Shown here piece by piece: positions 35,906-44,551 of a DNA stretch of 64,000 nt; position 1 is the first letter of the stretch; each line of letters starts with the position of its first letter. The notes beneath the pieces were generated by a model. The model was not told the DNA's origin. It did not search any database and was given only the letters and a program-made list of their open reading frames with translations. Location of the stretch: positions 5,258-69,257 of the forward strand of contig JAFZZR010000005.1 in assembly GCA_017615635.1 (NCBI GenBank), in the 5' to 3' direction. This stretch comes from Lentisphaeria bacterium (GTDB lineage: Bacteria > Verrucomicrobiota > Lentisphaeria > Victivallales > UBA1829). Made by a program: the position numbers and the translations under genes.

Positions 35906-36922
35906 TCATTCCCAATAGGGGACGACCGTTCCGCCGCCTTCCTTCAGGGCTTTGCGATAGCAGCGGGTGATGACGGCGAGATCTTCGGCGCCGAGGCCCA
36001 CGCTGTTGAAGTAAATGATCTCATCGTCATTTTCTCTTCCGGGCTTGCGGCCCAGCAGAATGTCTCCGAGTTCGGCGTGAAGCTGTTCCTCCTTGAAGAG
36101 GCCGTCGCGGTACATCAGGGAGACGGTGCTGATCTGGCGGTGTTTGACGCCTTCCCAGTCGTCGACCACGACCTTTCCGCATTTCGGCAGACAGGCATAT
36201 TCGTATTCGAAGTCGGCCAGATTCAGACAGGTCTGTCCGGGATGGAGCCAGTCCGCGAAAACCACCGGGACGGCGGAAATGGTCACGGTGATGACGATAT
36301 CGCTTTCCAGGGATGCCTGCTTCGGATCGTCCACGGCGATGACATCCATATCGAGCTTGGCGGACATCTCTTCCGCGTACGCGCGGGACTGTTCCGGACG
36401 GATGTCATAGACGAAGCATTTCTTGAGGGCGGGACGGACGATTTTTGCCGCCTCGAGCTGAAGCCGCGCCTGAAATCCGGCACCCATGAGCAGGATTGTC
36501 GAGGCGTCTTTCTTCGCAAGTTCGTCGATGGCCAGCGCGCTGGCGGCGCCGGTGCGGACGCCGGAGACCCGGGTGCAGTCCGCCACGCACAGGGGGATCT
36601 TGGTGTCGGGATCGTTGAGGATCACCAGGCCGGTGGCGCGGGGCAGTCCTTTTTTGTAGTTCTGCGGATTGGATCCGAGCCATTTGATCCCGGCCATGTC
36701 GATGTCCCCGCCGATGCAGCAGGGCATGGCATTGCACCGGCCGTAGAGATTTTCATCTTCCAGCGAGGTTCCCCAGCGGAGCACCACCTTGCTGGGGCTG
36801 TTCACCTTGTGTTGAACATGGAGAGTCAGGACTTTGCGGACGTCTTCGATCGCGGCGCGGATGTCGTACGCACCCAGAGCCCGAAGCTGGGTGTCGTTCA
36901 GAAACATCAGATCCAGTTTCAT
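35906..36922 (-). CDS. ornithine cyclodeaminase/mu-crystallin family NAD(P)-dependent enzyme
   Basis: It shows OCD_Mu_crystall-type organisation: RTGAASALAIDELA, Rossmann LLMGAGFQARLQL, and a C-terminal SVGLGAEDLA. Confidence 0.85.
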   Translation of the reverse strand: MKLDLMFLNDTQLRALGAYDIRAAIEDVRKVLTLHVQHKVNSPSKVVLRWGTSLEDENLYGRCNAMPCCIGGDIDMAGIKWLGSNPQNYKKGLPRATGLVILNDPDTKIPLCVADCTRVSGVRTGAASALAIDELAKKDASTILLMGAGFQARLQLEAAKIVRPALKKCFVYDIRPEQSRAYAEEMSAKLDMDVIAVDDPKQASLESDIVITVTISAVPVVFADWLHPGQTCLNLADFEYEYACLPKCGKVVVDDWEGVKHRQISTVSLMYRDGLFKEEQLHAELGDILLGRKPGRENDDEIIYFNSVGLGAEDLAVITRCYRKALKEGGGTVVPYWE

Positions 36923-36966
36923 GGAATGGCTCCTTTCTGTATAGTTTTCATGATTTGTTTTTGTCG

Positions 36967-38052
36967 TTAGACTTTCCCATTGTGTGCTTTCAGCTGCGCC
37001 GCCAGGGAATCGGATATTTCAAACCGGGTCGGGATCACCAGATGCCGTGGAGTCGGATCATCAATCAGGGTCAGGATCAATTCGGATAAGGTGCGGGCGA
37101 ATTGATCTTCATCGCAGACCAGATGGCAGAAGTCATCATCGATCCGGGAATAATCCTGCCGCAGACTGGAATAAAAACGGTACGTCACGATCTGATAATC
37201 GGATCCGCAGGTCGAACCGGTCCGTTCCAATTCATCCTTGAGCGCCGCGGCCGCAGGGGTGCTTTCAACCCAGTAAAGCCGATGATCCCGGATCCGTTCC
37301 AGATTTTCGTGAACTGCCCGGACGCCGTCCCGATACGTCGCCAGACCGGATGAGATCAGCCCGGAACCATACAGCACAACCCTGGACCGGGTAAGGGAAA
37401 TATGGTGTTTTCTGAGTTGTCTACGGAGCAGATGCAGTTTTTCCTCCGCATCCCGGTCACAATACCCGAAAAAGAACGAATCCCTGAGCAGCGGCAGCGG
37501 GATTTGTTCCGTTGCCTGCCTGAACGATGTTTCATGATCGTACCGGATCGACGAGATCAGCGAATGGAATCTCGCCGGTTTCCAAATATCGGATCCGGTG
37601 TAGTAGCAAATGACCCGCCGGCTGATACGATGGAAGAGTTCGATGGTCTGCCCATTCAGGAGAGAGGAGCCGACAATATAAAGATCGGCAATGTCGGATT
37701 TGATGATGTGCCGGACGTGTAAAATCATTTTCGGCGAAGAAAAGTCCACCCGGATCAGCGTCAGCGTATAGCCGCTGGCCTGGAGATGGTCGCATAATTG
37801 GCGAAGCATGAAACGGCAGGTATCCAGATCGTGATCCATTCGCCCCATTACAAAACCGATCTTGAACGTACGATATCGGGGCTTTATACCGTTTTTGACC
37901 GGATACCCGTGCGTTTGGCACAAAGACAGGATTTCCGCCCGCTTTTCAGCGGAAATCTGCCAGGCACGATGGGGATTGAGCGCACGGGAAACCGTTGACT
38001 GGCTTACACGGGCCAGTCTGGCGATTTCCGCTCCGGAAATCTTTGGATTCAT
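36967..38052 (-). CDS. LacI-family transcriptional regulator
   Basis: HTH ISGAEIARLARVSQSTVSRALNP plus a sugar-binding-type domain. ATG at 38052 follows AGGAGA; the track start at 38118 was rejected. Confidence 0.8.
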   Translation of the reverse strand: MNPKISGAEIARLARVSQSTVSRALNPHRAWQISAEKRAEILSLCQTHGYPVKNGIKPRYRTFKIGFVMGRMDHDLDTCRFMLRQLCDHLQASGYTLTLIRVDFSSPKMILHVRHIIKSDIADLYIVGSSLLNGQTIELFHRISRRVICYYTGSDIWKPARFHSLISSIRYDHETSFRQATEQIPLPLLRDSFFFGYCDRDAEEKLHLLRRQLRKHHISLTRSRVVLYGSGLISSGLATYRDGVRAVHENLERIRDHRLYWVESTPAAAALKDELERTGSTCGSDYQIVTYRFYSSLRQDYSRIDDDFCHLVCDEDQFARTLSELILTLIDDPTPRHLVIPTRFEISDSLAAQLKAHNGKV

Positions 38053-38158
38053 GCTGGTTCTCCTGTCTCTTCCGAAAATAATATACAGCGCGTGCCGAAT
38101 AAAACAAATGTCATGCATAAAAATCTGAATTAAAATATAAATATTATTTGTAATAAGT

Positions 38159-38178
38159 AATTTGTGATATCATAAATT
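38159..38178. promoter_or_regulatory. 20-bp near-perfect palindrome in an AT-rich divergent control region
   Basis: AATTTGTGAT|ATCATAAATT (one mismatch) lies within a stretch of about 80 bp (38101-38180) that is overwhelmingly A/T, between the LacI gene and feoAB. Confidence 0.4.
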
Positions 38179-38292
38179 GTGCAAGACGATTGGCGGCGTT
38201 TCCGGGCGCGCCCCATCCGGGAACCTCATTGCCGCTGCTTTGCCTTTTCACTGCAGCGGAGAAAAAAAACGAAAAAAGTTAGAGAAAGCTAA

Positions 38293-38321
38293 TTGACAAG
38301 CGGTCATGTCGTGCTATATTA
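38293..38321 (+). promoter_or_regulatory. sigma70-type promoter with extended -10 (feoAB)
   Basis: TTGACA-16 nt-TATATT within TGCTATATTA. It leaves a leader of about 165 nt before ATG 38489. Confidence 0.6.
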
Positions 38322-38488
38322 TATGCGGAATACGCTGAGAGACGGCGTCCGGATCCCGCGAAACGAGAGACGGAAAGCGCTTTCTGCTCGAAGTTAGCTC
38401 TGGCAAACAAAAGTCGGCCGGTGAACCGGTCCGGCTTCAATAAGAGGTTCGGAGGCAAGCACCCCCGTCCGGAAAGGATGAAGACAAG

Positions 38489-38797
38489 ATGGCTGGCGGA
38501 AAATGTTCCTGCGGATGTTCCGGAAAAGGGAAGAATCCCGAGTACACGGTGAATGTGAATGGCGTGACTACGCTGGCCGATCTTCCGGTCGGGGCAAAGG
38601 CCACCATTTCGAAGATCATGCCGAAGGCGAGAGGCCGCAAAAAATTTGCGGACGTGGGTCTTGTGGCGGGAGCGGAGCTGGAGATGGAGGCGCATGCGCC
38701 GTTCGGCGGACTTCTGCGCGTGAAAGTGCTGGATACGAGCATGGCCATACACAGCGAAGATGCCGCGAATATCGTCATAGAGAAGGAGGAAGACTGA
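38489..38797 (+). CDS. feoA: ferrous iron transport protein A with Cys-rich N-terminal extension
   Basis: FeoA SH3-like core (LADLPVGAKATISKI...GLVAGAELEMEAHAPFGGLLRVKV) preceded by MAGGKCSCGCSGKGKNPEY. Confidence 0.85.
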   Translation: MAGGKCSCGCSGKGKNPEYTVNVNGVTTLADLPVGAKATISKIMPKARGRKKFADVGLVAGAELEMEAHAPFGGLLRVKVLDTSMAIHSEDAANIVIEKEED

Positions 38798-38800
38798 ATC

Positions 38801-41104
38801 ATGAGGGAGTCTTTCCGGATCGCGCTGGCCGGTAATCCGAACTGCGGGAAAACCAGTATTTTCAATGCGCTCACCGGCGCCCGTCAGCACGTGGGAAACT
38901 ATCCTGGCGTGACGGTGGAAAGCAAGTCCGGTTCCTTTGTTCTCAACGGGATGAAGATCGAACTGATCGACCTGCCCGGCGTGTACTCCCTCTCCAGTTC
39001 CTCTCCGGAGGAAGAGGTCGTGTTCCAGGAGCTGACGAAACCCGGGATCGATCTCATCCTCAACGTGATAGATTCCACGATTCCCCAGCGGAGCCTGTAT
39101 CTCACGACCCAGCTGGCGGAACTCCATATTCCCATGCTGCTCGCCTTCAATATGAGCGACGACGCCCGGAAGAAAGGGCTGAAGTTCAACATTTCGAAGC
39201 TGGAAAAGTATTTCGGCTCTCCCATCGTGCAGACGATCGGCTGCCGTGAAAACGGGGTCCGTCCCCTTCTGCACCAGCTTGCAAAGTCTCTGCACGAGCT
39301 GGAGGACCATGGCGTGCCCATGCTCTCCTACGGGAACGATGTGGACGATGCGATCCGGGCCGTGACGGAGAAGATCGACGCCCTGGATCAGAACAAATAC
39401 TCCCGTCATTATTCCCGCTTCTTCGCCATCAAACTTCTGGAGCACGATGCCGCCGCCATGCGGATCCCTGAACTTCAGCCGGTCGCGCCCGAGGTGGAGA
39501 CGCAGATCCGCCATCTCTGGGATGTTCATGCCATCGAAGCGGATACGTTCATGGCCGATCGGAGGTATGCCATGCTGGCGGGCGCCTGCCGGGACGCCAT
39601 TTCCATGTCGCACGAAAGACGGCGCGAGATTTCGGACAAGATCGATCTGGTCATGACGAACCGGTTCTTCAGTCTGCCGCTCTTTTTCCTCATCATTTAC
39701 GTTACCTTCTGGTTCACCTTTACGCTGGCGGATCCTTTAATGGGATACATCGAAGATTTCTTCGCCTGGCTGAACGGGATGGTGAAGTCCGTGTGGAGTC
39801 CGGAAACGCTGCCGCTTCTCCGGACCATGCTGACCGACGGCGTCATCAGCGGCGTGGGCGGCGTGCTCGTTTTTCTGCCGAACATTCTGTTCCTCTTCTT
39901 CGCCATTGCCATTCTGGAGGACTCCGGATACATGGCGAGGGCCGCCTTCGTCATGGACGGGATCATGCGGAAATTCGGTCTGCAGGGCCGTTCTTTCGTC
40001 CCGCTGGTCCTGGGATTCGGATGCAACGTGCCCGCCATCATGGCGACGCGCACCATCGAATCGGAGAGGGACCGGACGGTGACGATCCTGGTACTGCCCC
40101 TGATGAGCTGCGGGGCGAGGCTGCCCATCTATGCGCTGATCATACCCGCTTTCTTCGCGCCGAAATATCAGGCATTCGTCATGTGGCTGATCTACATCAT
40201 CGGAGTCCTGGTGGCTCTGGCCGCCGCACGGCTTCTCAAGTCCACCCTCTTCAAAGGGGATGGCGAAGTTTATCTGATGGAGCTTCCCCCGTACCGCATG
40301 CCGACATTCAAGAGTCTGGTGCTCCATATGTGGGACAGAGGAAAGATGTATCTGCAGAAGGCGGGAACGATCATTCTCGCCGCGAGCATTCTTCTTTTCC
40401 TCTGCAATACGTTCCCGCGCAAGACGTCGTTCTCTCAGGACTATGATTCCGAGATCGAAAAGATCCGGCAGGAGAAGGCGCTTGACGACGCCGGGATCGA
40501 GCTCCTCAGACAAAGCGGCGCTCTGGATCCCGAGATCATGGCGAAGACGGAGGAAGACCGCTTCATTCCGTCCGAGGCGCTGGAGGAATGCCGCGAAGAG
40601 GATTTCCCGGAGCCGGTCCGCGCCCTTCTCCTGTCTTCGCGTGCCGCCGGTGAGGAAATGGAACAGCTGGAGAAAAAGAAGCAGGCTGAAATGCTGGAGT
40701 ATACCATTTCGGGAAGAGTCGGGCGTGCGCTGGAGCCGCTGTTCCGGTTCATCGGCTTCGACTGGAAACTGGCGACCGCTTCCATCGGGGCTCTGGCCGC
40801 GAAGGAAGTGTTTGTCTCCCAGCTCGGGATCCTTTATGCGGAAGGGGACGCGGATGAAACATCGGTGCCTCTCCGTGAGCATCTGATGAAGAACTACACA
40901 CCGCTTCAGGGATTCTGCATCATGCTGTTTGCGCTGCTCTCCATTCCCTGCCTGGCCACGCTTGCCGTCATACGCAGAGAATTGAATTCGTGGAAGATGG
41001 CTGCGCTGGAAGCGGTCGCGCTGTTCCTTTTTGCCTTCCTTTCCACGGCGATCGTCTATCAGCTCGGGACGCTGTTCCGGATCGGGACCCGGTTCCTCGC
41101 CTGA
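38801..41104 (+). CDS. feoB: ferrous iron transporter FeoB
   Basis: It has the N-terminal G-domain (IALAGNPNCGKTSIFNALTG, DLPGVYSL), gate motifs and polytopic membrane domains. It starts 3 nt after the feoA stop. Confidence 0.95.
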   Translation: MRESFRIALAGNPNCGKTSIFNALTGARQHVGNYPGVTVESKSGSFVLNGMKIELIDLPGVYSLSSSSPEEEVVFQELTKPGIDLILNVIDSTIPQRSLYLTTQLAELHIPMLLAFNMSDDARKKGLKFNISKLEKYFGSPIVQTIGCRENGVRPLLHQLAKSLHELEDHGVPMLSYGNDVDDAIRAVTEKIDALDQNKYSRHYSRFFAIKLLEHDAAAMRIPELQPVAPEVETQIRHLWDVHAIEADTFMADRRYAMLAGACRDAISMSHERRREISDKIDLVMTNRFFSLPLFFLIIYVTFWFTFTLADPLMGYIEDFFAWLNGMVKSVWSPETLPLLRTMLTDGVISGVGGVLVFLPNILFLFFAIAILEDSGYMARAAFVMDGIMRKFGLQGRSFVPLVLGFGCNVPAIMATRTIESERDRTVTILVLPLMSCGARLPIYALIIPAFFAPKYQAFVMWLIYIIGVLVALAAARLLKSTLFKGDGEVYLMELPPYRMPTFKSLVLHMWDRGKMYLQKAGTIILAASILLFLCNTFPRKTSFSQDYDSEIEKIRQEKALDDAGIELLRQSGALDPEIMAKTEEDRFIPSEALEECREEDFPEPVRALLLSSRAAGEEMEQLEKKKQAEMLEYTISGRVGRALEPLFRFIGFDWKLATASIGALAAKEVFVSQLGILYAEGDADETSVPLREHLMKNYTPLQGFCIMLFALLSIPCLATLAVIRRELNSWKMAALEAVALFLFAFLSTAIVYQLGTLFRIGTRFLA

Positions 41105-41112
41105 AGTCCCCC

Positions 41113-41790
41113 TCAGACCGTCTCTTTTACGGCCCAGATGTTTTCCGCCCGGGCGGTGGGCAGTTCCACGGGAAGACCGTCCCTCACCAGCCGGAAGGAT
41201 CTGCCGTCCAGCGAAGGTCCTTCGATGGAAACGACGTCTTCCGTCCGGAGTCCGGTGTCTTCCGTCGCCCGCAGGTTCCGCCCGAACCGTTTCACCCGGA
41301 CGACTTCACCGTTCGCGAATCCCGTGAGGACGCGCATGCCGGCCGTTTCGGGATCGCCCAGCATGGACATGGCTTCGGAAAGATATCCCTGAAGCTGCTT
41401 CGCATCGCTGCGGCTTTCGATGGCTTCGGAAAAAAGGATGAACCGCTGGATGGTATCCGTATCCACGGCATGCTCCAGGCGGCAGGCGGTGGCGGTGGCT
41501 TTGTCGCCGGGCAGGCCCAGAACGAGGGAGAAGAATCTCTTCAGAACATTATGGCGGCGAATGACTTCATCGGCAATTACCTTGCCTTCCTTTGTGAGCT
41601 GTACCGGATAATGCGTGTTGTACACGATATATCCCATTTTCTCCAGCTGACGAAGCGCGCCGGTGACGGAGGGCATGGTGACGTGGAGCCGGCCGGCGAT
41701 ATCCTTGGAATGGGCATGCCCCTCATCGGCGATCAGTTCGGCGATGGCTTCCAGATAATCTTCCAGACTTTCCGTCAGTTGCGGCGCCAT
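41113..41790 (-). CDS. DtxR/MntR-family metal-dependent repressor with C-terminal FeoA/SH3-like domain
   Basis: LEDYLEAIAELIADEGHAHSKDIAGRLHVTMPSVTGALRQLEKMGYI plus the metal-site helix RRHNVLKRFF...RLEH. ATG at 41790; the track start at 41859 was rejected. It is convergent with feoB, 8 nt apart. Confidence 0.88.
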   Translation of the reverse strand: MAPQLTESLEDYLEAIAELIADEGHAHSKDIAGRLHVTMPSVTGALRQLEKMGYIVYNTHYPVQLTKEGKVIADEVIRRHNVLKRFFSLVLGLPGDKATATACRLEHAVDTDTIQRFILFSEAIESRSDAKQLQGYLSEAMSMLGDPETAGMRVLTGFANGEVVRVKRFGRNLRATEDTGLRTEDVVSIEGPSLDGRSFRLVRDGLPVELPTARAENIWAVKETV

Positions 41791-41883
41791 TGTTTGTATC
41801 CTTTTTCTTGTTTTTCCGTTCCGGTGTCGGTAATATAACGCCGCTTGTTCAAAAAACAAGTCGGGGAGAACGGTCCGGCCGTG

Positions 41884-43104
41884 TCAGCGGTTCCCGTGCC
41901 CGCAGGCGGTCCCGGCCACGCCGAACCGGGAGAGTCCGCCGGCGGAGGTTTCCCTGTACAGCGACGGTAGATCGTGTCCCGTCTCCAGCATGGTGCGGAC
42001 AACGGCATCGAAGGATACCATGTGATGTCCGTCGGAGAGGATGGCCATTTCGGCGGCGACGGCCGCCCGGTTGGCGGCCAGCGCATTGCGTTCGATGCAG
42101 GGGATCTGGACGAGTCCGAGGATGGGATCGCACGTGAGTCCGAGAAAGTGTTCCAGTCCGATCTCGGCGGCGTATTCGATCTGCCGGATCTCCGCCCCGA
42201 TCAGCCTTGCCCAGGCGGCGGACGCCATGGCGCAGGCGGTCCCCACTTCGCCCTGACAGCCCACTTCGGCGCCGGAGATGGACGCGTTTTGTTTTACCAC
42301 GTTGCCCACAATCCCGGCACAGGCCAGCGCATGAAGCAGCTCCGTGCGGGGAACGCCCCGTTCTCCGGCGTACCGGAGCACGGAGGGAAGCACGCCGCAG
42401 GATCCGCAGGTGGGTGCCGTCACGACGACGCCCAGGGATGCGTTTTCCTCGCAGACCGCGTAGGCAAAGGAAGCGAGAAGTCCGGTCCGCCGGATCTCAT
42501 CCCGTAGAAACGCCGTCTTCAGATGAATGCTCCGGGCTTTCCGCATGAGGCGGAGTCCGCCGGGAAGGACTCCTTCTGCGGCCAGTCCCCGGTTCACGCA
42601 ATCCATCATGGTGTCCAGCACTGAACCGAGGAAGTCCCAGATCTCCTTCCCTTCGCAGAGTTCGGCCAGCATCCAGAGGGGCGTGCTCTCCTTCAGACAA
42701 TGTTCCATGATGTCACGCATGTCCCGGAACGGATAGACGTCCGGAGTGGATTCCGCCGTCCCGTCCGCCGAGATTGCGCCGCCTCCGATGGAGAAAAGAG
42801 TCCGCTCCGTCACCGGGCCGGAGCCCCGGGGCGTGATCCGGAATCTCATGCCGTTGGGATGCTGCGGAAGAACAATCTCCGGTTCCCAGAGGATGCGCGT
42901 GCGCTCCGGGCCCAGGACCTGGAGGATCGCCTGATCGGTGAAATGTCCCTTTCCCGTGGCGGCGAGACTGCCATAGAGGGTCACCTCATAGTCCGCCGCG
43001 TCAGGAAACTCCTGAAGGATCTGCTCGGCGGCCCGGCAGGGGCCCATGGTATGACTGCTGGAGGGACCGCGTCCCGTGCGGAACAGTTCTTTCAGACTTT
43101 TCAT
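41884..43104 (-). CDS. sdaA: L-serine ammonia-lyase (iron-sulfur type, fused alpha/beta)
   Basis: N-terminal ELFRTGRGPSSSHTMGP hallmark, plus Cys ligand contexts (TAPTCGSCGVLP; GEVGTACAMA). Confidence 0.9.
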   Translation of the reverse strand: MKSLKELFRTGRGPSSSHTMGPCRAAEQILQEFPDAADYEVTLYGSLAATGKGHFTDQAILQVLGPERTRILWEPEIVLPQHPNGMRFRITPRGSGPVTERTLFSIGGGAISADGTAESTPDVYPFRDMRDIMEHCLKESTPLWMLAELCEGKEIWDFLGSVLDTMMDCVNRGLAAEGVLPGGLRLMRKARSIHLKTAFLRDEIRRTGLLASFAYAVCEENASLGVVVTAPTCGSCGVLPSVLRYAGERGVPRTELLHALACAGIVGNVVKQNASISGAEVGCQGEVGTACAMASAAWARLIGAEIRQIEYAAEIGLEHFLGLTCDPILGLVQIPCIERNALAANRAAVAAEMAILSDGHHMVSFDAVVRTMLETGHDLPSLYRETSAGGLSRFGVAGTACGHGNR

Positions 43105-43153
43105 AAAACAAAAACCTCCTGAAACAAGACCGGCTGCGAAACAACTTTTCCGG

Positions 43154-44551
43154 TCAGAAGAACCTGTTGAAGATGCCCAGGCCGAACAGATACAGAATCA
43201 GAACGGGAAGAATCACGGCTGCGTACCATTTCAGCCATGCAGGGAAGCGGAGTCCCTTGCCCGTGTTGACCTCCGCCAGAAATTTTTTCCATGTCCATCC
43301 CGAGTCCCGGCAGCAGAAGAAGACGATCAGAATGGATCCCAGGGGCAGACAGATATCGCTGATGAGCCAGTCTTCGAAATCCAAAATCGTGCTTTTCGTG
43401 CCCAGCGGGTGGATGTGCCTCCAGATGTTGAACCCGAAAACGCAGGGAAGGGAGAGAACCCCGACGACGAGGAAATTCACCCATGCCGCTTTTCTGCGTG
43501 AAAAATGCCATTCGTCCATCATGAAGGCGATCAGATTTTCAAAAACGGTAATGATCGTGGTCAGGGCCGCGATACTGAGGAAAAGGAAGAATACCGATCC
43601 CAGGATCCGGCCTCCGGGCAGATGGTTGAATATCCCGGTCAGGGAAAACAGAACCAGTCCGGGGCCTCCGTCCACCTGGATCCCATAACTGAAACAGGCG
43701 GCGAAGACCAGGATGCCGGAGAGAAGCGCCGCCAGCGTATCGCAGGAAATGATCAGGATTGATTCCGTAGCCAGCGAGTTTTTTTTGTCCGTGTAACTTC
43801 CGAAGATCTCCAGAGCGCCGATGCCCAGCGAAAGCGTGAAAAATGCCTGCGACATGGCCCCGCCCGCAATTTTGAAGATGTTCGTGTCTCCGGGAAGAGA
43901 GGGCATCAGATAGAATTTCATGCCCGAGCCTGCGCCCGGAAGAAACAGCGCATACAGACTCAGGACCGACAGCAGAACGAAAAGTCCGGCCATCAGGATC
44001 TTGGTTATCCGCTCGACGCCGCGGCGGAGTCCGAATGCGCAGATGCCCGATCCGATCAGTACGGTCAGGATCATGTAGAAACTCATCTTCCCGGGATTGT
44101 TCATCAGGGATGTGAACTGGTTCTTCAGTTCCGCCTCCGTGGAAAGAGCCGCAAGGCGTCCGGTCAGGAAATCGACGAAATAGGTAAGCATCCAGCCCGT
44201 CACCGTGGTATACATGATCATGAGGATCAGATTCCCCGAGAAGGCCACGCCCGCCGGAAAACGCCAGAGACTGGGCCGTTTTTCGGGGAGGTCGCGGAAT
44301 GCACCATACAGATTCCGCCGGGACGCCCGGCCCACGGCCAGCTCCATGCACATCACGGGGAATCCGAGCAGCAGGAGGAACAGCAGATAGAAGAGGACGA
44401 AGAGTCCGCCTCCGTTGGCGCCCGCCATGTAGGGGAAGCGCCACACGTTTCCCAGTCCGATGGCACTGCCGGCCGCCAGCATGAGGAACCCGAACCTTGA
44501 GCTCGTAGTTTCTCTGGCTTGACTCATTTCCGTTTCCTGCGGTCCGTTCAT
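43154..44551 (-). CDS. neurotransmitter:sodium symporter (NSS/SNF) family transporter
   Basis: AAGSAIGLGNVWRFPYMAGANGGG hallmark and about 11-12 TM segments. The start ATG overlaps the stop of the upstream glycosyltransferase (ATGA). Confidence 0.9.
   Translation of the reverse strand: MNGPQETEMSQARETTSSRFGFLMLAAGSAIGLGNVWRFPYMAGANGGGLFVLFYLLFLLLLGFPVMCMELAVGRASRRNLYGAFRDLPEKRPSLWRFPAGVAFSGNLILMIMYTTVTGWMLTYFVDFLTGRLAALSTEAELKNQFTSLMNNPGKMSFYMILTVLIGSGICAFGLRRGVERITKILMAGLFVLLSVLSLYALFLPGAGSGMKFYLMPSLPGDTNIFKIAGGAMSQAFFTLSLGIGALEIFGSYTDKKNSLATESILIISCDTLAALLSGILVFAACFSYGIQVDGGPGLVLFSLTGIFNHLPGGRILGSVFFLFLSIAALTTIITVFENLIAFMMDEWHFSRRKAAWVNFLVVGVLSLPCVFGFNIWRHIHPLGTKSTILDFEDWLISDICLPLGSILIVFFCCRDSGWTWKKFLAEVNTGKGLRFPAWLKWYAAVILPVLILYLFGLGIFNRFF

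Noticed and set aside
38322-38488. feoA leader as a known riboswitch (cobalamin, yybP-ykoY Mn, NiCo/czcD).
   Set aside because: I could not find the diagnostic conserved boxes of these classes by eye (for example the B12 box GCCACTG). It is kept only as an unclassified structured leader.
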